A stretch of DNA of 64,000 nt, from NCBI GenBank assembly GCA_030704615.1, contig CM060732.1:67394001-67458000 (forward strand), read 5' to 3'. Made by a program: the position numbers and the translations under genes. Positions 1-12,039 of the stretch are shown piece by piece (within the stretch, counting starts at the first letter, position 1; each line of letters begins with the position of its first letter). Source of the stretch: Takakia lepidozioides (Eukaryota; Plantae; Bryophyta). The notes beneath the pieces were generated by a model, which was not told the DNA's origin, searched no databases, and saw nothing but the letters and a program-made list of their open reading frames with translations.

Positions 1-959
1 CATGGTTGACTCATCCATCCTCCCCTTGTGTCAGAAAAAGTCAAGATCAGAATTCAAGGGCGCCCAGCAGCTAACCAAACCAAAACAGCGCACATGTAAC
101 ACATAATCTATCAAAGCAGGACTGCAGATGAAGTATCTGGATTTACCTGAGCAGAAAAATCACAAGTTGCCTTTACTGAAGGATAAACTGCAACCTGAAT
201 GCAATAAAGACAATTTCTTACACCCACCAAGATACAAGTAGCTTCACTAGAGTCTGCCGTTCCATTTGTTGCACATACTTGACTTACATTGAATCTATCA
301 AATGATGACACCATGAAACTATATTGCCCATCCATACACAAAATACACCAGCCTGCAGCTTCATGACGACTATCGCTGGATTTGTTCTGGATAGCAAAAA
401 TGCAGAGCTGAAGATACTGTGTTACTGTCTTTGGGTCAACAGAGATGCCTGACATAGTTCCCCCAACAAGCTTAATCGAGGCCTATGGCTCGTGGAAGGA
501 CAAAAACAGCCACGATAGCACAGCCGAAACATCACTTTCCCATGCCAGCAGAATTAGAGATGCTGATTACTTACGATCAATCCATGTTGGATTACGTGAA
601 AATGAAAAATCCCTCTTGCACAGAGATTTACAAACTAGATTAGAGAGGAAAAAGATCTCCCGAAAAAGATAAACAGACAGTTGCAAACAAGCAGATGATG
701 AAGAGATAGCAGGGACAGGCAAATGGAGACCAGAACCACACGACTACAAGAGTGCAAGTATAGAAACACAAAGCAGGGACCCAGAGAGATTTACTTGTGC
801 GTAGCTATATGCCTCAAGAGGTTCCTCCCAATCAGCTGCCTGAAGACCTGTGTCTCCTATCATAATACGTCACTGTTGTGCAAATCCATTTCAACATCAC
901 TTTCTTCCTCCTTTAATATCACTGCCAAATGTGCTCTTCATACGACCAGCCAGATTAGG

Positions 960-1165
960 AGAGCCATATTGTTGAACACTTGATTTGCATCTTTTATGCT
1001 CCCACATTTGGCATACATGTCCACCAGGGCAGTGCCGAGAATGACATCTGGCACAATTCCACCTTCCTGATATCAGTATGGACCTCTTTGCCCTTCTCCA
1101 GAGCTGCCAGGCTGGCGCAAGCATTGAGAACACCAACGTATGACAACTGGGCATTGGGCACCAAT
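960..1165 (-). pseudogene. PLS-class PPR gene fragment (frameshifted)
   Basis: Minus strand reads SYVGVLNACASLAALEKGKEVHTDIR, then after a 1-nt shift GIVPDVILGTALVDMYAKCGSIKDANQVFNNM. These are typical L and S PPR motifs. Confidence 0.85.
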
Positions 1166-1829
1166 ACATAGCAGCATCAGAGTTAGGGCTGCCACACTCA
1201 ACGACCCTTCCAGACTCTTCCGAGAAATTATCTCATCCCACTGTCGTTTGCAAGTGATCGGGAAAGTCTCAAGATTCATCGGTTTGAAGTAGAAAGGTTT
1301 GTCCACATTCCGCCAGCTGGTGATGTCTATCTTCACAGTTGGTCTTGTCAACCACCTAGCAACTATTGAGGGGTACTCCAGAACAATTTCAAGGGAACAG
1401 TCAAGCCCATCATCTAAGGCATCTGCATTGTCCTGGAGCAGCGTCCAATTGGCATCTACTGGTCGACAGCCCTTCATGTACATTTTCCCATCCTTGGGAT
1501 TATACAGACCTTCTGCAAAATTTCAACACAAAACCCAGATGGTGTAATCTTCAAGTGAGCTCCCACTTTGAAATATGCTGGTTGCTTACTTGGGCGGCGT
1601 GCACTTGAGCGAGGATTCGGTTTCAATCATCCATTGTCCCTCTGGAACCACGGTAAAATTACTCTCCTCCCTCCAGTTTATTGTCATGTGGTCCTCAAGT
1701 GCAATCACACTAAAGCTCAGATAATCCAACCTGGACTGCTGCTTCTGCTGTGGAAGCAGGAGTGATTCAGCTGAAAGATCTCTGCTTAAGAGGCTGTAAT
1801 AATCAAGTCCATGGAGAGCAGGGTAACAA

Positions 1830-2290
1830 AACACACTTTCCAAGCTTTGCTGACCAGGGACTCCATATCCGCAGCGCTGGCATACCTTGGGAAAACCGGT
1901 CATTCGGATCACTACCATAGTCCAAAAAGAGACCCTTGCGAAAAAAGCAAGCAATGTCAAGAAACATATTTTGCTCCACCTCCCCTAAGGAATTGTAACT
2001 AATTTTCAACCGGCTCCACACATATTCATCCTCATCATCTTCCAAAGGCTGTGCCTTTCCAAGCCTGTCTAGTGCATCTTTCCATCCAAATCATTACAAT
2101 AGCAAAGAAAAGCACCCATAACCTGTAGGCTCAAAAGAAGCCCACCACAACCAGCCACAAGCCACAATCCTCTCTGTCACTGCTTCAAATTCCTGTTTTC
2201 GCTTGTCTCCAGCTGTAAAAGCGTAGCGGCAAAAAAGATCCAGGGCTTGCTCTTTGCTGAATCCCTCCATGTCATACTTCCGATCAACAC
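1830..2290 (-). pseudogene. NB-ARC (NLR) fragment, ARC/winged-helix part
   Basis: YDMEGFSKEQALDLFCRYAF (RNBS-C), CGGLLLSLQVMGAFL (degenerate GLPL), WKDALDRL and LKISYNSL..EQNMFLDIACFF (TIR-type RNBS-D). Broken by frameshifts; no P-loop seen. Confidence 0.85.
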
Positions 2291-2705
2291 ATCGCTGGAT
2301 TCTGGACCAAACGAGGTTAGGTTCATACCTTTGCATCACTGCACCTGCCTCCCTGATGTTGTCGTACTTGCACTGAAGCTGTTTTTGGACACTGGCTGGA
2401 ACATCCTGGTTGTGGAGAGACATGTGGAAGGAGAGAGGGTTGAATGAACTAGAGTGGTTGAGAGGCCAGATGCTGGAAATGGTGCCTTCCACAATGCTGC
2501 GCTGCTTGAGAGAGAAAGCCGCTCGAATGTGGAGGCAGATTTTGATATCACAATCACCACTCATATCGCTGTTCTTTGTACCCAATTTACACCAGGAGTT
2601 AAACTTATACGCGGGCAGGGACAATGGTGAACAGGTTCACACTTCACACGATCCAAAAAAAGTGAGCGTTTCATTTTAGCTGATCTAAGCATAAGTCTTC
2701 TTCTG

Positions 2706-2933
2706 TTTTTTTTTTGTTTTTTTTAAAGGGAAACACCTGGGACCGACAGCTCACAAATCAGGCCCCTTGATAGAGAGAGAGGAGAAAATAACCTCTCAGT
2801 AACCTCGCCGTAAGGCTTTCCGATGCGACACTGCGCAGGGAAGGGGGAGAAGAGCGTACCACACCCGTCAAGTAGCAGGATTTGACCCCAGGGTCATCCG
2901 GATGGCACTCAGCGCACTTTACCAACTGTGACC
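2706..2933 (-). mobile_element. tRNA-derived SINE
   Basis: Minus strand has A-box-like cagttggtaa, B-box-like gggtcaaatcc and an A-rich tail (T-run 2706-2724). Its 3' body gctcacaaatcaggcccc resembles the SINE at 28914-29136. Confidence 0.7.
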
Positions 2934-3243
2934 ATTCTCGTTGGATCTATAAACCATTCCAATTTGGGTTGTGCATAGCTCTGGATGCTATATGGTTTTT
3001 TAGGTAGGTCCATTTTTGGTGTGGTTGAAGTTTCAAGAGAGAGAGAATCACCCATTTGTTTTGGTTGTTTGGGCAGTCCGGTCAGATTCCAAAAACAACG
3101 CACGCTGGGACATCATCATCCCTTCCCCGGGCTGCAAGATACCTGTTAGTTTCGGGCATCTTGGGCAGATTCTAAAAATATTGACGACGATGATGTGACA
3201 CTATGGCACCCTATTCCAGCTCTAAGCTAGACTAGCTTTCGCC

Positions 3244-4416
3244 CAGTGTTGGGCGGGTAAATCATTTACCCGGATTTACTCGGAGGGTAAATCAGGGTAA
3301 GGGTAAATGATTTACCCGGGTTGGCCCATTTTCTTTACCCTTACCTTACCCTTCATGCGGGTAAATAATCTGAGATACCCATACCCTTCTGAAGGGTACA
3401 ATCCATATACCCTTTACCCGCAGATAAATGTTTTTTGGAGGGTAAATAACAAAAGGGTAAATGACAATCTATAGCCTTTCTTGGGAGCTGGAGGGCCGGA
3501 TGGTGTGATTAGCATTTTAAAAAAAAAAAACAAATTAGCATTGGAATCGAAAACGAAACTTTGTGCATGTAGTTATAAAGATGTTAGGAGGAGCGCACTT
3601 CAAATTCCATGACTGTATTTGATCGAGATATTAATTGTAAGCATCGCCAGGAAAGAGCTCCATCAAGCTCAGATTTGACAAGTAATTCAACCGCCCTGCT
3701 CCGCCTCTCTCTCCGACTGTTTTGGCTTCTTGCAAGCAGGGGCATGGGGGTAGGACGGAAAGGGTTATTTTCGCTATGCATGCATACGATTTCCAGCATT
3801 CATAATTTATCATCATTGAAGGGTATGGGCTTCGACCATAATCGCCCATCTGCCCTTTCCCGGCGATCTCGGGTTATTCTAGTTAATTCTAGGCTCTCAC
3901 TATTCCATATAGCTGTCTCTAGTAATCAGACTGGGCTTGTCCCTCATCCAATGGTATTATAGGGTTTAATTTTTTCCCTACAATAACCAAAATGGCTTTA
4001 TGCCCTTGGGAAAATGGTCTTATTTGGCTTTGTTAGATTATTATCTTTGGTGTGAAGAAACACTCTTATGATCGTCCCTCATATTATACAACTACAATCA
4101 GCCTCATACTAAACCGAAAACTAGAACAAAAATTGATTGCCTTAATTTAATTAGTTATATTTTTTGAGTTGAGCATAACAAACCAAAAATTTATGTATCC
4201 TTCTATATATCCTTTATTTACCCGGTGGGTATATAATGGGTAAATTATTTATCCTTACCCGGTATTTATCCTTACCCGGTCAAAAATATTGGCCTTTATC
4301 TTTTACCCGTAGGATAAATAAATGGACATATAAATAATTTAACCTTACCCTTCCTCTAATTTCTATTTACCCTTACCGGGAGGATAAGCAAAAATCTATT
4401 TACCTGCACAACACTG
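3244..4416. mobile_element. Non-autonomous hAT element
   Basis: TIRs cagtgttgggcgggtaaat / cagtgttgtgcaggtaaat (17/19). 8-bp TSD ctttcgcc / ctttcgac. Many subterminal tttaccc/gggtaaa repeats. Confidence 0.9.
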
Positions 4417-5166
4417 CTTTCGACCTTCGTTACAATACCAGTCCTTCACCTATATGCCAGTCCAACACTAATATATACCTGATCCTAGTAGGCTTGTGTG
4501 CAACCCCTGCATCATCACGGTCGACATGTATCGCCTGATTGCAAAACCACTTCCAGTACCCTATAGGCCTTCCTTTTTGTTTTATATTTTTAACCCAATG
4601 ATCGGATAGAGTTTTAAGAACCAGGTATGTGTTGCTTATGCTTATTCAGTGAGTAATAAGTATTCAGATGATGTCTACCCCTGAAAGGATGCAGGACCCT
4701 CCGACTGGTGTCGCATATACATATATATTCAGATGATGTGGTTTTATGTTGCATTCTTTTGGGGGCAATGCATGCAGAGCCCACTAAATTATTTACTAGG
4801 GAGTAGTAACTACTAGGGTATGTTGGCATATATGGTGAAGAATCCAACGGTAAATCTTTATCCTCTTTTATCCGGGTAGAATTGATAAAGCATATGGGCA
4901 ACCTGGCAACACACTTGCAACTACTTGATTTCATGGAATTTATGCAAAGTTGTCTGGTTTTGAAGTTGAACCAATTAGGATGCTTGTGTGCATCTGATCC
5001 CAATGACCAATCAGACTTTTGGGGGGTTATATCAAATAATTGTTTGTCAGGTAGCAAAAATGGATGGTCTTGGGGCCAACAAATGGCTAGTCGTAGGTAC
5101 TAACTACTAAACGGAAGCAGTTTTGGGGTGTTCAGTCATAGACACCCGTTCGGTCATATGCCAATA

Positions 5167-5540
5167 CCGTAGAGGTCGCTCTATCCCGACTTTAATTAAT
5201 TCATTTTAAGAGATGATGAATATTTTAAAATTTTGCCTTTCCAATAGATGAAAGAGAGGAATAATTTTCATTTAACAAAGTGAACTCTAGGGAAAAAAAA
5301 AGGTGGCAATTGCCTAATGCAAAAACATTACAGTAGTGAATGCTATTACTAACTACTTACTAACTACTAACTATTTACTAATGAAATTTAATGAAAAGTA
5401 CCCAAGCTGTCGAATTCCAGAAAAATTGGATGAAGCTCAGATGAAAAAAATAATATTGTCATTAAGCTTGCCGAACCTGGCGCCCTGCATGTGTTTAATG
5501 ATTCCGGCAGGGGTCCGTCGAAATATAGCGACCTCTACGG
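5167..5540. mobile_element. Tc1/mariner (pogo-type) MITE
   Basis: TIRs ccgtagaggtcgctctatcccgac / ccgtagaggtcgctatatttcgac, with TA on both flanks. Confidence 0.85.
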
Positions 5541-6339
5541 TATACCCTTATGCGGGAGGAGAGCCCTCCCTTCATTTATATACCCTCTCATAGGCTAATC
5601 ATTCCCCACTTAATTATTGCCCCCCACAATTTATAGACTGGGATACTTATTTATTCATTTTTTTTTATGTTACTAGGTTCCAAGTTGCTCCGCACTAACA
5701 TTGACGAGATGTCAAACTATTAATTGGCTGTAATTTATATATTAGAAACGGTATAAATGTCGAATTTGTTAGAGAGTCCCTAGTGTGGGAATTTTTTTGG
5801 ATGTGATATATTGCAAGTGTCCAAGGTTTTGTTATTATTATTATTATTATTTATTTAAACAGGGGATGGAGGCCAACGTTTATTTCCAAATGCAAAATCG
5901 GTTGCATAAGCAATTAAGTCCAAAGCAGGTTCTTATCGTAATTCTAGGATCACATTTGAGAGAAACATCCAGCAATGCATGTGAGTCACACCCATCATGT
6001 CCTTATTTATGAACGGAAAGTATAAGAAGTGATCCGACACTTATGTAAGTGCAGCTCCCCATCTCTTAACGACTAATGGACCCTACGGTCATTTATGCTA
6101 AACGTGAAAGCAAGAAAGACGAGACAAAATCCGGTAAGTACAGAAGAAGAAGAAGAAGAAGAAGAAAAGTGAAAACAAGAAAACATTTCAACCGTTTTTA
6201 AGGGTATTTTTTTCCGAAATTATTGTGTATTATTCTGGAATTGTCATGTCGGCTGCAAAAAAAACTATGTTGACTAATGGACCTATGGTCGTCTAAGCTA
6301 AACTAGCTCCAACCTAACAGTCGTCGCTAGAATTAATTA

Positions 6340-7060
6340 ATTGGTTTGTGGTCTACATGGACACATTAGGTGCACCGAAATATTGGGTATTGGCAAGTAA
6401 TGAGCATGTGATCTAACTACATTTGTAAAGTCCTCTTGCACAACCCTATTGCGGAAATCCATATTTATTAGTTTATCTACATGAACATATATATCGAAGT
6501 ATCTGTCGTGCATTACAAATTCTCACTCAAAAAAACATGATAACACATTGTTGAAAATTGGTATCGTCAAGCAATAATATAGTGCGTCATAAAGCCTCGC
6601 ACTTTTATATAGATAGTGTTTTTCTTCGCAAGAACACATCAAAAACAGTAAATTTTCATGTTCTCAACAAGACTGAAGATAGCCAACGAATGTTCCAGAG
6701 AGGTGTTTGCCGAGCCTGTGATGAAGTTGATACATGAAAGCTCGAATACATACATTTGTTGGTATTAGGCACACTCGACTCTTGAGCTCCACAGAACCAT
6801 ACATAGCATACAATTCTCTAATTTTTTCTAAATTTGAAGTACTTACGTTTTTGTGAAATAACTGAAAATGAGTTTACCCATAGTCTTTTATAGAGTATCT
6901 CAACAGGCCTTTCCATGTATGCAAATGATCTTGTCTTAACTTTTCACACGTCACAATATGACTAACATGTGGAGCAGAGTTTCATCATATATACGCTTTG
7001 ATCAATTTTTCACATGTATAATATCATTCGCGAGTAGATGGACGATCATTTATAATTGAA
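6340..7060 (-). pseudogene. Replitron HUH (Y1) transposase relic
   Basis: Manual translation QL*MIVHLL.../KLIKAYI**NSAPHVSHIVTCEKLRQDHLHTWKGLLRYSIKDYG*THFQLFHKNVS...ELYAMYGSVELKSRVCLIPTN. It follows the motif order I recall for plant Replitrons (HxHxQ, LGW, LHTFxGMxGYCxKD, HF...HNVS, YG...KNRVxL). YxxK lies at 6886-6897. Confidence 0.75.
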
Positions 7061-7233
7061 TGGCTATTCTGAGGCCAGTGGGGGTTTTGGCATCCATCTA
7101 GGCACCCCAAGTAGCATGCCCGATAGTGTGCACATTGCGTACACCGTAGTACCAAATTTGTCTCCTCTCACAGTTGCTTTTTTACTACTAGGCTGTTTTT
7201 TTATTGTTTATCTTCTCTTCTAGAACATACTTG

Positions 7234-7460
7234 TTATGGATCTCGTATGTATGCTTTAAACTCTGCAGACCTATGCACGTTCCAACAATCAATGAGCCAA
7301 ATCAGTTTTTGGTCTAAAGGTAGACCAATAAGTTGACTTTCGAAAATCACACAAGACATTAGAACAAACTCCACAAACTGTTGGCGAGTCTTCTGATTAT
7401 CACATTGCCAACCATTGGTAGAGTTGTCATTTACTGGTTTGACCACTAGCTTGCAGCAGT
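7234..7460 (-). pseudogene. pogo/DDE_1 transposase fragment
   Basis: KTRQQFVEFVL...LPLDQKLIWLIDCWNVHRSAEFKAYIR resembles the second catalytic-Asp region (LxxDxxxxH) of pogo/Tigger transposases. Confidence 0.7.
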
Positions 7461-7685
7461 CGAATTTCAGCTTTGAAATGACATTGTCGCCGCCAAAGAC
7501 ACTTCATCCGGCTCGTCTCTCATAAACTCAATAAAACCCTTACATGGTTGTAACACCGCCTCCTCCAAGCTCCCTCTGTATCCTAGCCCCAAATGTGTAC
7601 CCCAACTCCACATATAAATGTCCATACGCTTATATTGGGTACTTTGTCCCATGCTTGGGTTTCCTCTGGGGCCATTGGCATCTAA

Positions 7686-8289
7686 TGTCAAGGACGAGAA
7701 CATGACTGAACACAAACAAGAGATAAGACTAGAGGTACAAGGCTAGACAAGAAATCAAGGTCGGCGTGACCGAATGCACGATGAGTAAATATGAATCAAG
7801 ACGATCTTTATAACAATGAACAAGAGTACAAGATATTGGAACACGACTTGAATACTAGAATGCTGGAAACTGGACTGGAGTACCAGATACTGGAAACAAG
7901 AGTAGCTTGAACTGGTGTTGACGAGACTGAAAAGTGTCCAGTCTCGCCTTCTATATAAACTGGCTACTAAGAAGCTTCCATAAGAAGCTTCCCCTATGGA
8001 GGTTTCTTGTTGGAGAAGTTTCCAAGATTAAACAAAAGTTTCTTGATGGAGAAGCTTCCTTAAACAAAAGAGGTATCTTGATGAAGAAGTTTCCTCCAAC
8101 GGAAACTTCATGAGCAGTTTCCAAGTTACTCTTGGTAATTTGGTAAACTTCCGGTAACTTGGTAAGTAATGGTAAATTATGGTAGATTATGATAAATCAT
8201 GATAAGTCATGATAACTTTTGGTAACATGATAATTTGGTAACTTATGATATTTACTCCTGGTAAGTTCCTCTGGGCTATGTCCGTGACA
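7686..8289. mobile_element. Solo LTR of an LTR retrotransposon
   Basis: Begins tgtcaaggac and ends gtccgtgaca (TG...CA inverted ends). Perfect 5-bp TSD tctaa at 7681-7685 and 8290-8294. Confidence 0.9.
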
Positions 8290-8538
8290 TCTAAAGCTTT
8301 TTCTTCAGAACCGGACTCCGACCTGTAAGAGATCGAGCAGACTTTAATTTGAACACAATCTAAGAAGGAGAGATGTACAGATCGTTGTCGGCGAGATCTT
8401 CAAATGGAATTGTGAGAACCGCTAATACCATAATGATGGAGATGGACTTACATCTCTGTTTGCTCCCGAGTCTGCGTAGTCTAATGTTACGGTACGTGCT
8501 AATATTATTGCTCTTCTTAGTCTTTTAGAAATAAGAGT

Positions 8539-8874
8539 ATGGTCAATGACACCTCTTTATCCTCCTCAACTTGTTGTTCTGTTTGTGTAATGCAGAGGGG
8601 ATCATCTGTATTTCGACCTCGGAAAACTAGGGAGGAGTATAAGAGGTTATCTCAGCGTGTTATTTTAGCCAGAAACGGGGCTGCTCATTTCTCCACCTTG
8701 GGGGCTCTTGATGATGCTGTGAGGGCCTGTCGACGCATGCTCATAACGTTTCCCTCATTGAGATCGAAATATCATGAGCAAGTAAATGTCTTGGATAACT
8801 ACAGTCGATTGAAGATAAATGATAGTGTTTTCACGCATTTTGCTAAGTTTTTGTGTATTGAAGATCCTTTGTAA
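8539..8874 (+). other. Short ORF or gene remnant with an RNxxxH (HEPN-like) motif
   Basis: EYKRLSQRVILARNGAAHFSTLGALDDAVRACRRML..., helical-looking, with an R-x4-H motif. Start and family unresolved. Confidence 0.3.
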
Positions 8875-8899
8875 GGATAAGACATTCATTTGATTGATA

Positions 8900-9480
8900 C
8901 AAAAGAGAAAAAATTGTAACTTCTCTAAAATTTAGTTTGTTATTTGTGAATGTACATAGTTTCATCATGCATTTCATATTCTTGTGCTTATGTACATTTG
9001 ATTGCTTATTCGAAATGTCAGACACAATTAGGTCAGTTTCAATTTTTTTGTACAAATGCTCATCTTAAGATTGGATACCACAGTTAATCATAATCTTGCA
9101 ATTGCTTTCATACCATGTGTGATTAATTGGAAGTTTCAAATAATTTGAAGTCCAAAACACTGTATTTAAATCAGCCCATATAATATATTATTCAGCACTT
9201 GAGGACATTTTACTTAGATATTCTTCTTTTGAATGTATTCCAATACAAGAACTTATGCGTATATTCTCTGATCAAATAATCAGCCACAAATTGATCATTT
9301 ATTCATTTTTCTGAAAAAAAATGTTGAACGACTTGCTACTGCAATGTCATTGACAACATGGAAGAATGTAACTAATTTCTACCCAAAGGGTCAGCTACTC
9401 TCACAATGATTGTCCAAACAGCTCAACTATATGCTTACATAATTTTGTTTTTGTCAAGATGGTTGTGTCAGCTCTCTATA
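8900..9480 (-). pseudogene. Degenerate OTU-like cysteine protease region (possibly Helitron cargo)
   Basis: Minus strand gives EEYLSKMSSSA...WADLNTVFWTSNYLKLPINHTW, resembling the OTU Y..KM....WG......S..L..PI.VW segment. Many stops. Confidence 0.45.
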
Positions 9481-10202
9481 ATATACATAAGCATATCATA
9501 ATGCGAGTGCTAAAAAGAATGAAACAAAATCAAGCTTTTGGAATGCAAAGAAACTTTGAAATTGAGCACTCAATAGTATCTAAACGAAACTTTAAAATGT
9601 CATATGTTACTTGTAATTCCTCTGCAAGTCTAAATCCGAGTTATGTTGAACAACCACAGTTTTGCCACAGTTTTGCGAGGGTACAAGACAAGCTAGAAAT
9701 ATTGCTAAGCAAAAAAACAACGGCAAAAGACAATACTTCTTTTTGAGATGTATTTGGATGTTTTACACTATGTTCATTTTGGTCTCTCAATTCAACATCA
9801 CGATGGACAACATCAATTGTCAAACTGTTTTTGACTGCTGGTTTCATGGGCTCCTTTGTGGATTGAAAATATAATATAACTTCAAAATAATTTTAAAATA
9901 ACTATGTTGATTATGAGTGCTACTGAAGCAGTAATCAAGGATTGAAATATATAATTGTTCAAGCATTACCACCAAAATTTCTGCAAGTTTTGCAAACAGT
10001 AAATTAAAAATAATCTGAAGCTCACAACTTCGGTCAATGGATAAGCGTCTATGCAACCCATTTGAGGTTGCACCTGTTTTTTCTGGATCCTGTAACTAAA
10101 CGTCAAGAAAAAAAAATGCATTTCATGCTTTTGAGGTCCTCAAGATGACTGAGCATTGATATTTCTTCCAATTGAATGAGATTTCCTCAGTAGCTTCTAC
10201 AT

Positions 10203-10920
10203 TATGTAGTATTAGGGAGCTTGTGTCGTTGGCCCAAGTGTCCACTGTCATCTAAGCCTAAGTGCAATCGCCTATGTATCCAAGTGCGACCTTTAGGGTA
10301 GCCTCTGTCATTGGCCCAAGTGTCCAATGTCATGTAAGCCCAAGGGCAATCTCCTATGTATCCAAGTGCGTCTCCTATTCGAGGCCCAAGTGTGACTTCT
10401 AGGGTAGCCTGTGCCGTTGGCCCAAGTGTCAAATGTCATCTATGTCATCTATGTCTAATCATTTTATTTTTTTCCCACAGAGCCTATGACCAGATTTGAA
10501 CGGGAGACCTTTCCCTTGATACCTCTCTTGTGGAGAGTCCAATCATTGTCTCGCGTCCAAAAGTACTTGAAATTCGTTTTAGTCATATTTCATCCTTTTT
10601 TTTCCACGTAGGCTGAGGCTCCAACCATTGTCCCAGGAATGTCCACTTTGCTATTTTTCCCGAATTTCCAATGGCCCAAAGTACTTGAAATTCCACGTCT
10701 CCCACACCGCATGTCCCAAAATCATGAGACCAAGCCCGTGCACCCCTCCTCGTCGAGGGCTTTCCAATGGTACCGAGCAAGGGCCTTGTGGTTGGGGACA
10801 TCTCAAATATACAAAACAAAACAAACGGATTCATATATTGATACTTCATCCTCCTAAAAATTTGCTGAAAAACAAGTAAAAGTTGAGCCACATCAAAAAG
10901 TTTCTTCGTTGCGAAAAAGA
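10203..10920 (-). repeat. Dispersed repeat with internal ggcccaagtg tandem units
   Basis: Repeated ggcccaagtgtc...cctatgtatccaagtgcg units and a ggaaagccctcgacgaggaggggtgcac core. Related sequence occurs at about 57280-57400, 60193-60540 and 61985-62480. Confidence 0.7.
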
Positions 10921-12039
10921 AAAACTTTGGGAGGGGCTATTCCTGAAAGTCGAAAACAGGGAGAGGAAGGGAGCAACTAATAGGGAGGGAGGGCAAGGGT
11001 GTTATGTGAGGTAGGATATGTGAGATGGTGGGCCCTCCTTCTAAGGAGCTAAGGAGCTTCTTACAGCTTTCCAAAGAATACCAGAGAAGCAGGGTGAGGT
11101 GGTGGGCCCCCTTCTACAATGCTTCACCACCGCCTTGAGACAATATATAAAGAGGGTGAGGCTATGATCTCAGTTAGAGGGTTTCTTCAGGGCACAAACA
11201 GGGCCCCCATAAAAGAAAGTAGATTTGGGGCCCTGAAATGTGTGGGGGGCACACACATTACTGATGTGGGTTTACTACCGTAGTTGGGTAGGGGTTGGTG
11301 TAATGCCCAAACTTGGCAAGTAGTGGTTAACCCCAAATGCAAGGGACTGCCGGGTCTATCAGTCTTACTTAACTGCAGTTGTTCGGCTCCCAAGTCCCTG
11401 TCAACAACACTTCGTGTAGTGCGGAGGGTGAAGCATCTGACTAACTCTGCTGTTTTCGTGGTGTTTGACTCCCTAGATGCTCATGTGGCCAGATGCGTGG
11501 ACGAGTGGACACCCAGTTGTGCTGTGGAGCAAGTAGACTGGATAGTCTACTGAGAACTGCTGACCCAGCTCAGAGCTGCTGCTCAAAGAATGAGGCTTTT
11601 GGAAATGTATAGGAGAGAAATTGGCATCCCTCCATAAACAATGATAGGGTTTTGTTCTAGACCAAAGCGTGGTTTAATGTGATAAGCACAGCTGTTATCC
11701 CTTCACTCCCTCCTTCCCCTTCTTTCAACCTGTGCAGCTAACTCGTCAAGAAAAACATTTCTTCTGTGTATTACACAAGCTTTCAAAGCTTCTCACAGTA
11801 GCGAATAAATTTAATCTCAACATTAAAAAAAGTTCTGACTTCCAAAACTGCTTTGTTAATATTTCCATCTCTTCAATGGCTGAAGTGTGTCCCACAGTAG
11901 TTGACAGCACTGGTCAAAAGTTACATTTGAAGGCAAATGGTGCATCTACCAACAGACAGGCAATTTGCCGAAGTACTGAGGAGACTTGTATATATATCTC
12001 CATTGTATTTGGGAGTGTAGAGTCCAGAGCAGAGGGCAC

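Noticed and set aside
960-2290. Functional NLR with an integrated PPR domain
   Set aside because: Both parts are short, frameshifted and not in a common frame; there is no P-loop or LRR.
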